A DNA stretch of 64,000 bases from Octopus vulgaris (taxonomy: Eukaryota): contig OX597833.1 in NCBI GenBank assembly GCA_951406725.2, positions 56,296,001 to 56,360,000 on the forward strand. The letters run 5' to 3'. How positions within the stretch are numbered: position 1 is the stretch's first letter; each line of letters begins with the position of its first letter. The notes below the pieces were generated by a model. The model saw only the letters and a program-made list of their open reading frames with translations, was not told where the DNA came from and ran no database searches. Shown piece by piece: positions 39,345 through 53,061 of this stretch. The translations under genes and the position numbers were made by a program.

Positions 39345-39445
39345 TTAGGTCTCTTTGTTAATATTAGCTGTAACACTTGTACCAGAAAATATTTCAATCC
39401 AGTAACCATCCGGATCCATGATGAAAGCAATCCCTTTGATTTTTC
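39345..39445 (-). CDS. GLO1: Glyoxalase I exon 6 (terminal)
   Basis: Reads [33 protein letters not shown]-stop with the DPDGYWIE signature. Total CDS 546 nt = 181 aa. Confidence 0.95.
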
Positions 39446-40535
39446 CTGGAACAGAAAAAAAATGTGATATAAGCATTAACTATTTCTTTACTACCCACAA
39501 GGGGCTAAACACAGAGAGGACAAACAAGGACAGACAAACGGATTAAGTCGATTAGATCGACCCCAGTGTGTAACTGGTACTTAATTTATCGACCCCGAAA
39601 GGATGAAAGGCAAAGTTGACCTCGGCGGAATTTGAACTCAGAACGGAATGGCAGATGAAATATGGCTACGCATTTCGCCCGGTGTGCTAACGTTTCTGCC
39701 AGCTCGCATTAACACAGAGGTTTAACATTTGACAATGTTTAGAAACAAAATAATGGAAAAAGGAGAAATAAAACGGATAAAGGGAAGGTAAACAAACTAC
39801 TTTATATTCTGATTCCCCTAAAACTAATTTATTTCTCACAGAAAGACATTTTTTTCAAGGAGGACGGGGGAAATAAACTTTTCATTCTTATACAGTGTAA
39901 TTTCTATAATAATGTGTATAACATAATGGATCACTTTTAAGGTTATCTTTACAGGTTTTTCAATAGAAATTATAGCCAGTAATGATTTGTTAGGATGTTT
40001 CATATCCGAATACGTCTAGTGTAAACAATGTAATCGAAGATAGAGAAATAGATAATGGGTGTATATGCATTTTTCAGAAATTCTTGCTCCTCCTTCACCA
40101 CCATACCCAACCAATTATCCATCCACTAACACATTGCTTAGACAGCCACCAAATATAGCAATGTAACACTATTGTATATACATCATCATCGTTTAACATC
40201 CGCTTTCCATGCTGGAATGGGTTGGACGATTTGACTGAGTACTGGCGAACCAGATGGCTGCACCAATCTGATCTGGCAGAGTTTCTACAGCTGGATGCCC
40301 TTCCTAATGCCAACCATTCTGAGAGTGTTGAGGGCCAGTCAGGCAGTACCGGCAACGGCCACACTCAAATGGTGTTTTTTATGTACCACCTGCACAGGAG
40401 CCAGTCCAGCAGTACTGGCAACGACCTCAATTTTACATATTAAACACATTCCTGGCAAACGTATGTATATATTACTTGTCTACAAGTAATTAACAAAATG
40501 TATATCCAAATGGACAATGACACTGTTACATTCAC

Positions 40536-40766
40536 TTAACCCTTTCAATACCAACCCGGCTGAAACCAGCTCTGGCTCTGTAGTACAAATGTCTTGTTTT
40601 CATAGACATTTGAATTAAAATCTTCCACCAAACCTTAGTCACAATTTATGTTCCTACCACCAGCTTAATGATAACTAAGTTATTTTACTAAATTCTTTGT
40701 TATATTTAAAATTAATTGAAAGAAACTCATAGCATCTCAAAATAAATATGGTAAAGAAAGGGTTGA
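40536..40766. mobile_element. piggyBac-like MITE abutting the GLO1 exon 5 donor
   Basis: TTAACCCTTTCAATACC...GGTAAAGAAAGGGTTGA, ending about 5 bp from the GT donor at 40773. Confidence 0.75.
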
Positions 40767-40773
40767 ATCTTAC

Positions 40774-40863
40774 CAGCATTCAGTTTGAGTTTAAAGGGCA
40801 CATTTAACTCTTCAAACCTTTTACAGGCAGCGTCAACATCGGGGACACAAACACCAATATGTC
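40774..40863 (-). CDS. GLO1: Glyoxalase I exon 5
   Basis: Reads [30 protein letters not shown](G), containing the GHI metal ligand. 90 nt. Confidence 0.95.
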
Positions 40864-42482
40864 CTAAGGAGAACAAAAACAAGATAAGATTAGGAAAAAA
40901 CAAACTAAAATAAGTCACAGCAGTATTTCTATACCATCAAGATATGTTATTACTAGAGCCAGATTAATTAGTGTTCACAGCTGTATCTCTCTGGGTTTTA
41001 CCAATTCTTTCTTCTCAGGATGTTAACCAAAGATTTCCTTCATTGCAAAAGGTTTTTGAAGCAGATGTGCAAGTCTCAGAGGACATGCAAACATCCTGGG
41101 AACTGTCCACCTCCAGACCAAGCCGCACAAACAATTTTTCCTGAAAGTCATCAACAGTTATTTTCATGAACTTATTTTTACCATCATATGTATATTGCAG
41201 AAGAAGAAAGATTTCGTTGGATGTATTGGTAGATCACATGAATATATAAAATGTCCTTCGTTGAGTTACTAATTAAAGAAAGCTACAACTGTTGCTGGTG
41301 TGTAGCTCCAGTCATTTCAGCCGAAGTGCACTTATGGTGTGACTTGTGGCCAATCAAACAATATTCAATCAGTCTTACCAACTCTAATTCTCCTGGTTAC
41401 ATTCTTTATCGTAAAACTCACTGCCCTAACTCTTAGCTTCTAACACATTTAGCTCCCATTATAAAGATGATTAGGTCGACTTTGTTGAGAAATGTTTAAG
41501 TGTTTCATTGTGCAGGCCCTATGCCAGATGGCTGGATGTGATTAAGGGAGATCTTCAGAAGCTTGATGTCATTTTGGAAAATGCAGCGGGACTGGTGGAC
41601 CTGGGTGACCCCAGCAAGAGCATGAGTTACTGATTGAGGTGATCCAGGAAAGTGCACTGCACCTCTTTTGTTGATTTGCCAACAATTACAAATAACTAGT
41701 TTGGCGACATTTAAACCATGTAACTCTTCATCTTGAATTTTATATATATACACACATAAAATATATATATATATATATATATACATGTATATAGACATAC
41801 ATACACACACACACATATATATATACACACACACTGGTGCAGGCATAGCTGTGTGGTAGGAAGCTTGCTTCCCAACCACAGAGTTCCAGGTTCAGTCCCA
41901 CTGCATGGCATCTTGAGCAAGTGTCTTCTGCTATAGCCTCGGGCTAACCAAAACCTTGTGAGTGGATTTGGTAGACAGAAACAGAAAGAAGCTCATCGTA
42001 TGTGTGTGTGTGTGTGTGAGTGTGTGTTTTTGTGTCTGTTCCCCCACCTCATCACCACTTGACAACAGTGTTGCTGTGTTTACATCCTCACAACTTAGCA
42101 GTGCATCAAAAGAGATTTATGGAATAAGTACTAGGCTTAAAGAATAAGTCCTGGGGTCAATTTATTCAACTAAAAAAGACCCTTCAATGTGGTACTCCAG
42201 CATGGCTACAGTTAAATGACTGAAACAAGTAAAAGAATACATACATACCAAAAAATTGTCTATTGTGAGGGAAGACACCAGGTTTATTTAATTATGTTTG
42301 TAACTCATGAATGAACAGCACTAGGCCCCCTGTGTCCAAGTCAGCCCAAGTCAGTCAAGTTGGCCATAAACGCAGCACAATGCCAGGAATATAAACTACC
42401 AACACTCCAGGTTACATACATCGATTTTAAGAGCAGTCTATTAGTTTATACAACTTTACAAAATCAACCAATCAAAACTTAC

Positions 42483-42550
42483 CAAATCCCTGTGGGCTAC
42501 TGTTGCCATTATGGTACTGAACACTATCGTCAGTCTCAGAACCCCAGTTG
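42483..42550 (-). CDS. GLO1: Glyoxalase I exon 4
   Basis: Reads NWGSETDDSVQYHNGNSSPQGF(G). 68 nt, canonical splice sites. Confidence 0.95.
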
Positions 42551-43363
42551 CTGCAAAATAAAAAATAACTTTCTCACTCAGACATTGAAGAATTTCACAA
42601 TGGAGTGTTGAACACAGAAATACAAGCATATCAAGCAAGCAGTTAAAATGATGGACCAATATAGAGCTAAAGAAAATGCAAGTAGATCAAGATTGACAAA
42701 GAAGACATTGTGGGGAAAACAGCACATTGAGGAACAATGAGTGAGAGAGATAAGTTACATGTATATTGAAACAATATATAAAATCCCATTGGGATATTTT
42801 AAGATACTCTGGTGGAGGTGGTGGGGCACATTATGGCATGCAGAAGTATATATATATATAATAACAATTTAACAAAAAGATATGCATACATACATACATA
42901 TATGTACATACCTACATCTATATGTATATATACATGCATATATATATATATATGAGTACAGGACACCACAAATAAACGTAGAACACGAGAAACAAAAACA
43001 TAAAATCAAACAAGGAAACGGACTTTTTTTAACAACGAAAAAACAGAGTACAAGACAAACAATACAAGGTATATTCCCCTTCATCAGCTGCCCCTGGTTC
43101 GACTCAATGCATGTTTCGAAGGTAAGGGCAGTATATATAGGGTGCATTCTACATCTGCTAAGAAACAGTGACAAGTGAAAATTCAATAAATATAATAATA
43201 AGCTTAAGCCTATAAGTGTTCACTGTATATTGGCCATTAAAAATAGTTGAATATTGGGTTGTCCATTTCTTTCTATTGAGGGCTTACCTCAATATTAACT
43301 GTTTTCTATAGCCAATATATGGTGAATGCTTATAAGCTTAAGCTTATAATTATATTTACAGAA

Positions 43364-43741
43364 TAGGAGTGGCTGTGTGGTAAGTAGCTTGCTAACCAGC
43401 CACATGGTTCCGGGTTCAGTCCCACTGCGTGGCATCTTGGGCAAGTGTCTTCTACTATAGCCTCGGGCCGACCAAAGCCTTGTGAGTGGATTTGGTAGAG
43501 AGAAACTGAAAGAAGCCTGTCGTATATATGTATAAGTATATATATGTGTGTGTGTGTTTCTGTGTTTGTCCCCCAACATCGCTTTACAACTAATGCTGGT
43601 GTGTTTATGTCCCCGTAACTTAGCGGTTTGGCAAAAGACACCGATAGAATAAGTACTAGGTTTACAAAGAATAAGTCTTGGGGTCGCTCGACTAAAAGCG
43701 GTGCTCTAGCATGGCCACAGTCAAATAACTGAAACAAGTAA
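43364..43741 (+). mobile_element. SINE family A copy in GLO1 intron 3
   Basis: Near-full-length match to the reverse complement of 77-486. Confidence 0.85.
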
Positions 43742-44397
43742 ATATATATATATATAGTTAGATAGATAGAGGAATTGATGTATTTTAAGTAACATTGGAT
43801 TATATTGTATTATGGTGAATCAAAATCGAAATTGATCAACATCAATGGAAATTGTAGCTGTGATACCACTGCCGGTGGCACGTAAGCGAACCATCTGAAC
43901 GTGGCCGTTGCCAGTGCCGCCCTGATGGGCCTCCGTGCTGGTGGCACGTAAAAGGCACCATCTGAATGTGGCCGTTTGCCAGCCCCGTCTGGCACATAAA
44001 AAGCATCCACTACACTCACGGAGTGGTTGGCGTTAGGAAAGGCATCCAGCCGTAGAAACATTGCCAGATCAGACTGGGCCTGGTGCAGCCTCCTGGCTTT
44101 CCAGACCCCAGTTGAACTGTCCAACCCATGCTAGCATGGAAAGCGGACGCTAAATGATGTTGATGATGATGATGATGGTGCTGTGTGCTTGAGTTTATTA
44201 GAAAAATGACAACATATGATTGGGTACATCAGAGATCAAAGAAAAAACAGCTACTGGCCATATAGACAAAAACACAGCTAGGTTAAGTCACTCAAAAACG
44301 ATACAACACTGAATCAGTCAGAGAAAATTACATGGTTCTCATTGGTCATTGACATAACAAGGTTACACACAACCACTGGTCACTGAAATATACTTAC

Positions 44398-44538
44398 TGG
44401 GTCAACTCAATGGCTGTCTTGCTGGTCATGCACCATTTAAACCGCTCAGCTTCATCCTTTGGAATCTCATTTTCATTGGCATAACCCATGAAAAATAAGC
44501 TGAACTTTAATGGTGGAAAGTCAAACCGATGAAGGAGT
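44398..44538 (-). CDS. GLO1: Glyoxalase I exon 3
   Basis: Reads LLHRFDFPPLKFSLFFMGYANENEIPKDEAERFKWCMTSKTAIELTH. 141 nt, canonical splice sites. Confidence 0.95.
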
Positions 44539-45048
44539 CTGCAAAGAAAGATCAATCAATTGTAACTTAATATAAAGCAACACAAGTGATAGAACAAGTG
44601 CTGTGAAGAATGTATATATGAAATCAAATCAAAATCAAAATCGTAATCTATCAACATCAATGGAATTTGTAGCTGTGATACCAGTGCCGGTGGCACGTAA
44701 GAGAACCATCCGAATGTGGCCGTAGCCAGCGCCGCCCGACTGGCCTCCATGCCGGTGGCACATAAAAAGCACCATCTGACCGTGGCCATTGCCAGCTTCG
44801 TCTGGTCCCCGTGCCGGTGGCACGTAAAAAGCACCTTCCGATCGTGGTCGTCTGCCATGTAAAAAGCACCCACTACACTCAAAGAGTGGTTGGCGTTAGG
44901 AAGGGCATCCAGCTGTAGAAACACTGCCAGATCAGACTGGGCCTGGTGCAGCCTTCTGGCTTCCCAGACCCCAGTTGAACCGTCAAACCCATGCCAGCAT
45001 AGAAAGCAGATGTTAAATGATGATTATGATGATGATGATTACTGTATA

Positions 45049-45413
45049 CTAGCACTATGACCCGGCAACGTCAGGTCATAATACTAATGCATGCATATAC
45101 AGCTGCGTGCATGCGCACATACACACGAGTACTGTCCAAATCTCCGACCAATCACATACAGCTAGCTGGCATTCAATTGGCGTATCAAGTTTTGGGCATT
45201 TTGATTGGGTTTTGGATAGAAAATTCACAAAAAAGTCACTTCTATTGATTTTTTTAATGGATTTGCGGGGTGACTGGGGAAATGTAAAGATGTGCACGAC
45301 CACCCTTAGATGGTTTTGAATGACCATAGAAAGTGCGAGCCCTCTAACTGGAAAATTGTGGATTTGTATAAAGGACACACACACAGACATTTTGCCGTTT
45401 ATATATAGAGAGA
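45049..45413 (-). mobile_element. Non-autonomous Helitron
   Basis: Minus strand A|TCTCTCTATATATAAA ... tgacctgacgttgccgggtca hairpin ... CTAG|T. Confidence 0.65.
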
Positions 45414-46474
45414 TGGCAGGGCATCATGCAGCCCAGTTCAACACAACCACTTGACCCATAGGCGGCTAACACCATCTAAGGGCTAGGTAGTGCTTTTAGG
45501 GACCTATGCACTTTCAACTCTGGTCTGCCTCAGGATTTTGTATTGTCCACCACACACTTCCTCCTGTACGTGAATAACCTCCTTGCCACCACTTCCAACA
45601 GTGTCCTCTCTTGTGCAAATGGCTACAAGTTGGGGTTCACCCAGGATCAGTCCTCAGCCACCTCTTGTTCATCATAGTCCTCCAGGAAGACATGGGATGA
45701 GGTAGTGAAGCATGACCTTTGAACATTGGGCCTCACAGAGGCAATGACAAGAGACCAAGACCTTTGGAGATATGGTGTGATTGAGAAGACCTGGCAAGTA
45801 AAGTGAGAACACAGCCGTGGTCAATGCTAGTCTTGCATAACCAGCCTATTTAAAAGTATCCTTGAAGCGTCGGATGATATGCTGTGCTTGAGAAGACCTG
45901 TTGAGTCAATCGAAATCAAAGTCATGGCCAGTGCCGCCTGACTGGCTTCCCATGCTGGTGACACATAAAAAGCACCATCCAAACATGGTCGATGCTAGTG
46001 CCCTCTGACTGGCTCCCATGCTGGTGGCACATACAAAGCACCATCCGAATGTGGTCAATGCCAGTGCCCCCCCTGACTGGCTCCCGTGCTGGTGGCACAT
46101 AATAAGCACCATCCAAACATGGTTGATGCCAGTGGCTCCTGACTAGCTCCCATGCCAGTGGCACGTAAAAAGCACCCACAACACCCTCAGAGTGAGTGGT
46201 ATTAGGAAGGGCATCCAGCTGTGGAAATCTTGCCAGATCAGATTTGGAGCCACTCCTCAGTCAAACCATCCAATCCATGCTAGCATGGAAAGCAGACATT
46301 AAACGATGATGATGATGATGCTGATGATGATGATTATGTTGCATTTTGTTGGGAGGAAGAGAAAACTCGAGGTCCACTCCAGGAAGCGCAAATTCTAGCT
46401 ATGCTACTGTATGATGGTGGATAAAAAGAAAACAAGGTAAAATGAAAGATTCAAATAATAATAGTGTAAGTTAC

Positions 46475-46557
46475 CTCATTCCCAAGACTTTAGAGTAGAA
46501 TGTTAGAGATGCCTTTGGGTCTTTGACTCGGTACATAGTTTGTTGATAGAAAAAGTC
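46475..46557 (-). CDS. GLO1: Glyoxalase I exon 2
   Basis: Reads [27 protein letters not shown](R), containing the QQT metal-ligand motif. 83 nt, AG/GT boundaries. Confidence 0.95.
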
Positions 46558-46819
46558 CTGTAATAAATGTTAGGGTAACAGTATAAGTTTCTTAGTGGCA
46601 AAACAGAGTGAATGGAATATGATGACGTTCGTGTGTTTTTACACTGGTAATACGTTCCGATTATGTTTTAATTTTTACACATTTTTTTTTTTACTTGTTT
46701 CAGAGTCATTTGACTGCAGCCATGCTGGAGCATGGTTGTCAAGCAGTGCTAGGGGGACAAACACTAAGACACGTAAACACACACATATATATATCACGTC
46801 ACCACCTCGCTGGCTACAG

Positions 46820-46860
<41 letters not shown>

Positions 46861-47530
46861 TATATACATATATATATATATATATGATGAGCTTCTTTCA
46901 GTTTCAATCTACCAAATCCACTCACAAGGCTTTGGTTGGCCCGAGGCTATAGTAGAAGACACTTGCCCAACATGCCACGCAGTGGGACTGAACCCGGAAT
47001 CATGTGGTTGGTACTTACCACACAGCCACTCCTGCGCTTATTTTGTTGAAAACCAATTACTAATGATAAAAGGATAGCAGTCTTCAAAGAGGAACAAACC
47101 ATGCCCATTGCTAAGGGGGTGCACTGGATGGCACTACCTCCTCACTATTCAATGGTGTGCTCTCAGATTTACAGTGACACACTTATTTCAAAACTCCACT
47201 TTAGCATTATCACAAATTATTGCCCATCCAGTATATTCTAAAGAAACCCCAGACACCAACGACTGGCAACAGACCTGGAACAAGCAAACAAACAAAAAGA
47301 TCTCCTTTATTGAACTCATTTGCAGAAATACTTCCTTACTGATATCCAGGCTGGATTAAGACCTATAGAGGCCCTAAGCACTTGAAAGATTTTGGTGCCC
47401 CTGTATATATTTAATTTAAAATCTAAACAATAATAAACCATAAAATAAATTTTTAATTTTCAAAATGAATCAAAACTAAGTGTAAGATGGATAATAATGT
47501 TTATTTTTGTATATTTCCACTTTATTCATA

Positions 47531-47923
47531 TACTCTTTACTTGTTTCAGTCATTTGACTGCGACCATGCTGGAGCACCACCTTTTTTAGTCGAGCAACTC
47601 GACCCCGGGACTTATTCTTTTGTAAGTCCAGTACTTATTCTATCGGTCTCATTGCCGAACCGCTAAGTAACGGGGACGTAAAGATACCAGCATTGGTTGT
47701 CAAGCAATGCTAGGGGGACAAACACAGACACACAAACACGCATATACATACATATATACAATGGGCTTCTTTCAGTTTCTGTCTACCAAATCCACTCACA
47801 AGGTTTTGGTCAGCCCGAGGCTATAGTAGAAGACACTTGCCCAAGGTGCCACGCAGTGGGACTGAACCCGGAACCATGTGGTTGGTAAACAAGCTACTTA
47901 CCACACTGCCACTCCTGTGCCTA
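47531..47923 (-). mobile_element. SINE family A copy in GLO1 intron 1
   Basis: Full-length match to 77-486. Confidence 0.85.
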
Positions 47924-48826
47924 TATTTGAAAAGTTTTCTCCTTTCATTTTTTTTAATTGCAAAGTCTGTGATCAGACCCTCACTATGACACTACGAACA
48001 TATTGAAATTATATTTCTGATCATATAAACCACTTCAAATTATTTTAACAAGTTTAAAGTGATTTCTTTTGTGACATAAACCATTTACCATTTCTGTGGA
48101 TTTTCCATTTTCTTTGCCTCTAAAAAGCCTTTAGAGAAAAAAAATATAAAGATTAACCTCTCCCTTCTTTTCAAAGTCAATACAGCTATTCTTACCATGT
48201 CAGCTCTACTTCCATAAATAGACATCTCCAAAACCTTGCCAATGGAGATATGGCAACTTAGGTCACCATTAACAATACAAAGAACATGGTCTTCTAGCAC
48301 AACTTGTCTAATCATGAACAACACAATTAAAATCCTCAAAGTAGGTACGAATTATAGACCTCATAATATTTTATGATCGCTCATGCTGAAATTATATATA
48401 TATATAATTTTAATTTTGAAATGAGGGTGAGAAATTGGATACTAATTTTAATTAACATCAATTTAACACCATGGGTCTAGCATATTAAAATCTGAAGTTT
48501 CAGTAAATTGTAATTTTTCTTGAGAACATTTCTTAGTGGTAAGAGCAGAGTATATATATATCATCATCATCATCGTTTAGTGTCTGCTTTCCATGCTAGC
48601 ATGGGTTGGACAGTTCAATTGGGGTCTGGGAAGCCAGAAGGCTGCACCAGGCTCCAGTCTGATCTGGCAATGTTTCTACGGCTGGATGTCCTTCCTAACA
48701 CCAACCACTCCATGAGTGTAGTGGGTGCTTTTTACGTGCCAGACGAGGCCGGCAAACGGCCATGATTGGATGGTTCTTTTTACATGCCACCAGCACAGAG
48801 GCAAGGCCAGGCTGGCAACGGCCATG

Positions 48827-48875
<49 letters not shown>

Positions 48876-49925
48876 ACTAAACATCATCATCATAATTTGT
48901 CTGTTGTCCATGCTGGCATGAGTTAGACAGTTTGACCAGGGCTGCTAAGCTGAGGGGCAGCAAAAGCCTCCAGTCTGATTTGGCATTGTTTCTACAGCTG
49001 GATGCCCTTCCTAACACCAACCACTCTGAGAGTGTTATGTGTGCTTCTTACATGTCACCAGCATGGGTGCCAGTTGCATGGCACTGGCATCTGCCATGAC
49101 TATGATTTCTGTTGGTTTGATAGGTCTTCTACTCAAGCATAGCATATTGTCAAAGGTTTCTGTCATTTAGAGAGAGAGAGGAGAGAAAGAGAGCATTGAC
49201 AAAACTGTATCAAGAAGTCTAAACATTTAATTCAGGAGTTGATTTTGATGAAAAGATTTCAGCCTACATCAAATGCAAACCCCACTGTATTATAAAATAC
49301 TTAAAGTTTTATTATAGTGAAGGTGATGGAAGAATGTCATGTTGTAGATTAACAGTCTTTTATTTCCATTAATAGATTAAATAAGCAACAACAAAGCAGC
49401 AGAAAATCTGGTAGAGAAAACAAAAAACCAATTAAACAGCAAAACCTTCAAACAATGGAAGTGAATATGTTAGTGACATATATAACTGATTGTGTGGTTG
49501 TGACTGAATTTACTTCAGAGAAAGGAACATTTTGTCTGTCTAGGTTTCCCTATAGAAGTTTAAATTATCAACCACATAGATCATACCAGTCTGTAAGAGC
49601 CTGCAAAAAATCATGGGGTTTACTCCTCCCTCTGGCAACTCATTCAACTTTAAAAAAAAAAAAAGCAACAAACAAAAAGAGGGTGACTACTTCAGATTTT
49701 ATAAGGCCAAGCAATTGACTATATTGCTTAACCTCAGGAAAAGCTATTCCTATCCCATAGTCCAGGAGGATCTTAGGATTATATACATTGCCTCTCCCAC
49801 AATGTAGGGCAGTGGTCCTGAACCATTTTTTGCAATGAACCCCTTTGATTTTTATTTTACTATACTGGACCTACATAGCCATTTTCTGTATATAACAAAA
49901 ATATTTCTGTATTTTTATAATTAAA

Positions 49926-50434
49926 CTAGCAGTATCGCCCGGCGTTGCTCGGGTTTGTAAGGGAAATAACTATATAAGCATTTTTAGAGAGTTACTTCCC
50001 TTATAAATTCGGGCTTTCTTAGCCATTTTTGTTTTGGTGTCTTCAAGCCATGAAGTCGTTATTCTAAAAGAACGCTGGTTTCCTTCACAACGCATTACGA
50101 CGTTGATTTCTTTACACTCCCTTCCCCCACAGCTTCACGAGGGAGGGAAGGGGGAGAAGCAAACAGGTGCAGCTGTGAGCGTGGACGCCAACTCCGCCGC
50201 CATCGACACACGATGCATTTTATGCATTAAAATGGAATAAAAAATGATGTTAAATTATTTTTAAAATCGTAGACTCATCGTTGACGCGCGCTAATAGTCA
50301 GACGGGCTCGATATGAATCACGACTATAAGATACCCGAATTTGGTTAAACTGCACCGCAAAATGTGGGAGGAGTTAGGAATCTAAATCGAAGGGGACAGA
50401 CACTCACACAACTAGAGTTTTATATATATATAGA
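49926..50434 (-). mobile_element. Non-autonomous Helitron
   Basis: Minus strand starts A|TC TATATA and ends with hairpin cccgagcaacgccggg plus CTAG|T. Sits inside a hAT MITE. Confidence 0.7.
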
Positions 50435-51401
50435 TATTAGGATTTGCATTAAAAAAATTTTAATATTTTGTGTATTGTAGAATCATAACAGATTTATTTA
50501 TTGCACATAAATTTTTAAAAACCCTGCCAAAGACTATATGGATCCCAGTTGAGAACCCTTGGTCTTCGGGGATCTGAAGATTGTATGCATTGCCTCTTAC
50601 GATCATTACAAGTCATAGAATTACAACTTTGGTGAAACAAAACTTACTTTAAACAAGCTATCTCCAAGATACAGAAAGCGTGTTTACCCAACAAAATAAA
50701 TTTGTGAAATGTTTTGTGTATTCAACAAGAAAAATATTCAGATTATCAATTTTCTTCCCTTTCTAATAGATATGACTAATAAAAAGAAGTTACCCAGCTA
50801 ATTAGTCTCTATCTTATCGTATTTTTTAAAACAGGTTGGAGGATTCTGTCGGCCACGGCAACAACCAGCTGAACTCGCACTTGTGAAGTAACACGTAAAG
50901 CAGCCGAGTATTCCACAGAACTATTGTATTCTGAATGCGATTTCAGGCCCAATTAGCGTGATACAATGTAACAGGGCTCAGCCTTTGAATTACATACAAT
51001 ACAGAGAGAAAGAAGTTGCCCGCTATACTAAACTGATACTTTACAATCAATCCAAAAACAATGAAAAGGCAAAGATAATCTCGGCGGGATTTGAACTCAG
51101 AACAATGAAACGAATACCGCTTCTGTGAAGCAAAACAAAACTTTTTACCTTCTAATGACTCTGCCAATTCGACACTTATATGAGCGAGGAAAAAAACTGT
51201 AATGGCTTAAAGTGGGATCTATACGATTCCGCCGATAAGCAAATCTCAAGACATTTTCTTCCGGTACGTAACAAAAGGCACTGGTATAGTTCCTCGTTTT
51301 CATTGAAAATAAACAGTCTTAGTCTTAGCGATCTTTAATTTTAGGCGCCTAGATCCAATGATCGCCGTCTTATTTGCTATAAACAAGAGTTAGGATTTAC
51401 G

Positions 51402-51731
51402 CAGGGGTTCTCAACAATTTTTTAAAAATCTATGGACCCCTTTGATTACCATTTTATTTTGGTGGACCCCGATAACCATTCGCTGTTTAAAAACTAGTTT
51501 AATAGAATCTTCTTTCAAAATTCCTGTTTTGTTTTTCTCACATTAACTTGTGTAGGTTGAACAATGTAAAATGCTTGAGAAAGAAATCTAGCCGTATCTT
51601 GCGATACATACCAATACATACAGCTAAAGTAAATTTTTTTCAGGGCACTTTAAAATACTATTGTAGACAATTTACTTTTTCGTTGCGTGGACTCCCACAA
51701 ATCTTATATGGACCCCGGTTGAGAACCCCTG
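51402..51731. mobile_element. hAT-like MITE
   Basis: CAGGGGTTCTCAAC...GTTGAGAACCCCTG TIRs. Related copies at about 49810-50551 and 63053-63308. Confidence 0.7.
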
Positions 51732-51944
51732 TAATAGAGCTTCAGCATCAAAACCGCCCTCATTCACATTAAATGCTCCTTTTGTTTCTTTGCATTAAGT
51801 GATACGAGACTGTATTAACACATGTAAAGCACTATTATGAAATAACTTTCGTGCAATTAAAAACAGAGCTGGTAGGACCGGTATGATGTCTGATCATCGA
51901 CGGTTTGTATCTTGTCACCGGTGCATATCAACTCAGACCCTTTT

Positions 51945-52486
51945 GGGTTAATATCTAGATCCGCACCCGGTGGGAAAAATGAGATCCGCACCCGGTGGGA
52001 AAAATGGAAACGAAAATGTGTAACAGTTGTAAGGCATCGTATATTGACGGAATAAGACGGGAAAAAAGCGCGCTGACAAACGGGGGGGGGGGCTCGGGAA
52101 ATTCCCAGGATCAACCGTAGAGGCAAAAATGGACAAAAATATGTGTAACAGGTGTTTAAACGCATTTCACACACATAGCCCAATGTCATAATTCAAAACT
52201 AACGCAGCGAAAATTTTGAAAAGTTCCCCCAGTTCTGAAAAAAATCGATAAATTCGACATGGGGTCGCGAATCAGAAACACAATGGTGAAAATTGATGGT
52301 AAATTTTTCTTTAAATCGTAGGCAATTTTCCGAGCCCCCTCCCCCCCCCGTTTGTCAGCGCGCTTTTTTTTCGTCATATTCCTTCAATATACGATGCCTT
52401 ACAACTGTTACACATTTTCGTTTCCATTTTTCCCACCGGGTGCGGATCTCATTTTTCCCACCGGGTGCGGATCTAGATATTAACCC
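51945..52486. mobile_element. Long-TIR MITE (about 155-bp TIRs, possibly Mutator-like)
   Basis: GGGTTAATATCTAGATCCGCACCCGGTGGGAAAAATG with an internal repeat, and a matching inverted end. No TSD visible. Confidence 0.75.
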
Positions 52487-52882
52487 TAAATGTACTATAT
52501 GAAGACAAAGTTCATAGTAATTAATTGAAATTGATTTAATAATGTACATGCGACAGCAGCCTTGCACCAGTAGAAGCAGAGTATATGAGAGAGATAATGG
52601 GACGAAATATGTTTAAACACCTATTGTTGTGTAGATGGATCTGCACGGTGCATCATAATAAAAATCGACCTGCACCTTTGTACATTTGTGTTACACCTGG
52701 CAGGTCTTAGCCGTTAGTCGATTTTTTTTTTTTTTTTTCAGTATCATGTTATTGTTCTTTATCCTTGACAAACGAATGACAAAACATTCCAGCCGCGACC
52801 AAACTACATCTTTTTCAGAGGGGTCTATCTAAGACTACACTACATCATTTAATGTGTCCTTTCATTACCTAAGACGATAGGG

Positions 52883-53061
52883 CAGTGGTTTTCAACCAGG
52901 GTTCCGCAAGAAGTTACAAAACTGCTAAAATCGGCAGTAATTTTTAATTCTCCTGTGCAGATACATGTGCATAAGACTATTAAATTATTGCACAGGGGTT
53001 CCTCGAGCCAGTGGAATGTTTCCTTGGGGTTCCGCTCCAGCAAAACGTTTGAAAAGCACAG
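52883..53061. mobile_element. hAT MITE with perfect 8-bp TSD
   Basis: CAGTGGTTTTCAA...TTGAAAAGCACAG flanked by cgataggg on both sides. Confidence 0.8.

Noticed and set aside
43070-43130. Minus-strand GAAAC and CTGATGA near each other
   Set aside because: I could not form consistent stems for any hammerhead topology; at best a degenerate relic.
44685-44875. Repeat-spacer-like arrays resembling CRISPR
   Set aside because: The spacers are homologous to each other, the arrays sit within a dispersed retroelement tail, and the context is eukaryotic with no cas genes.
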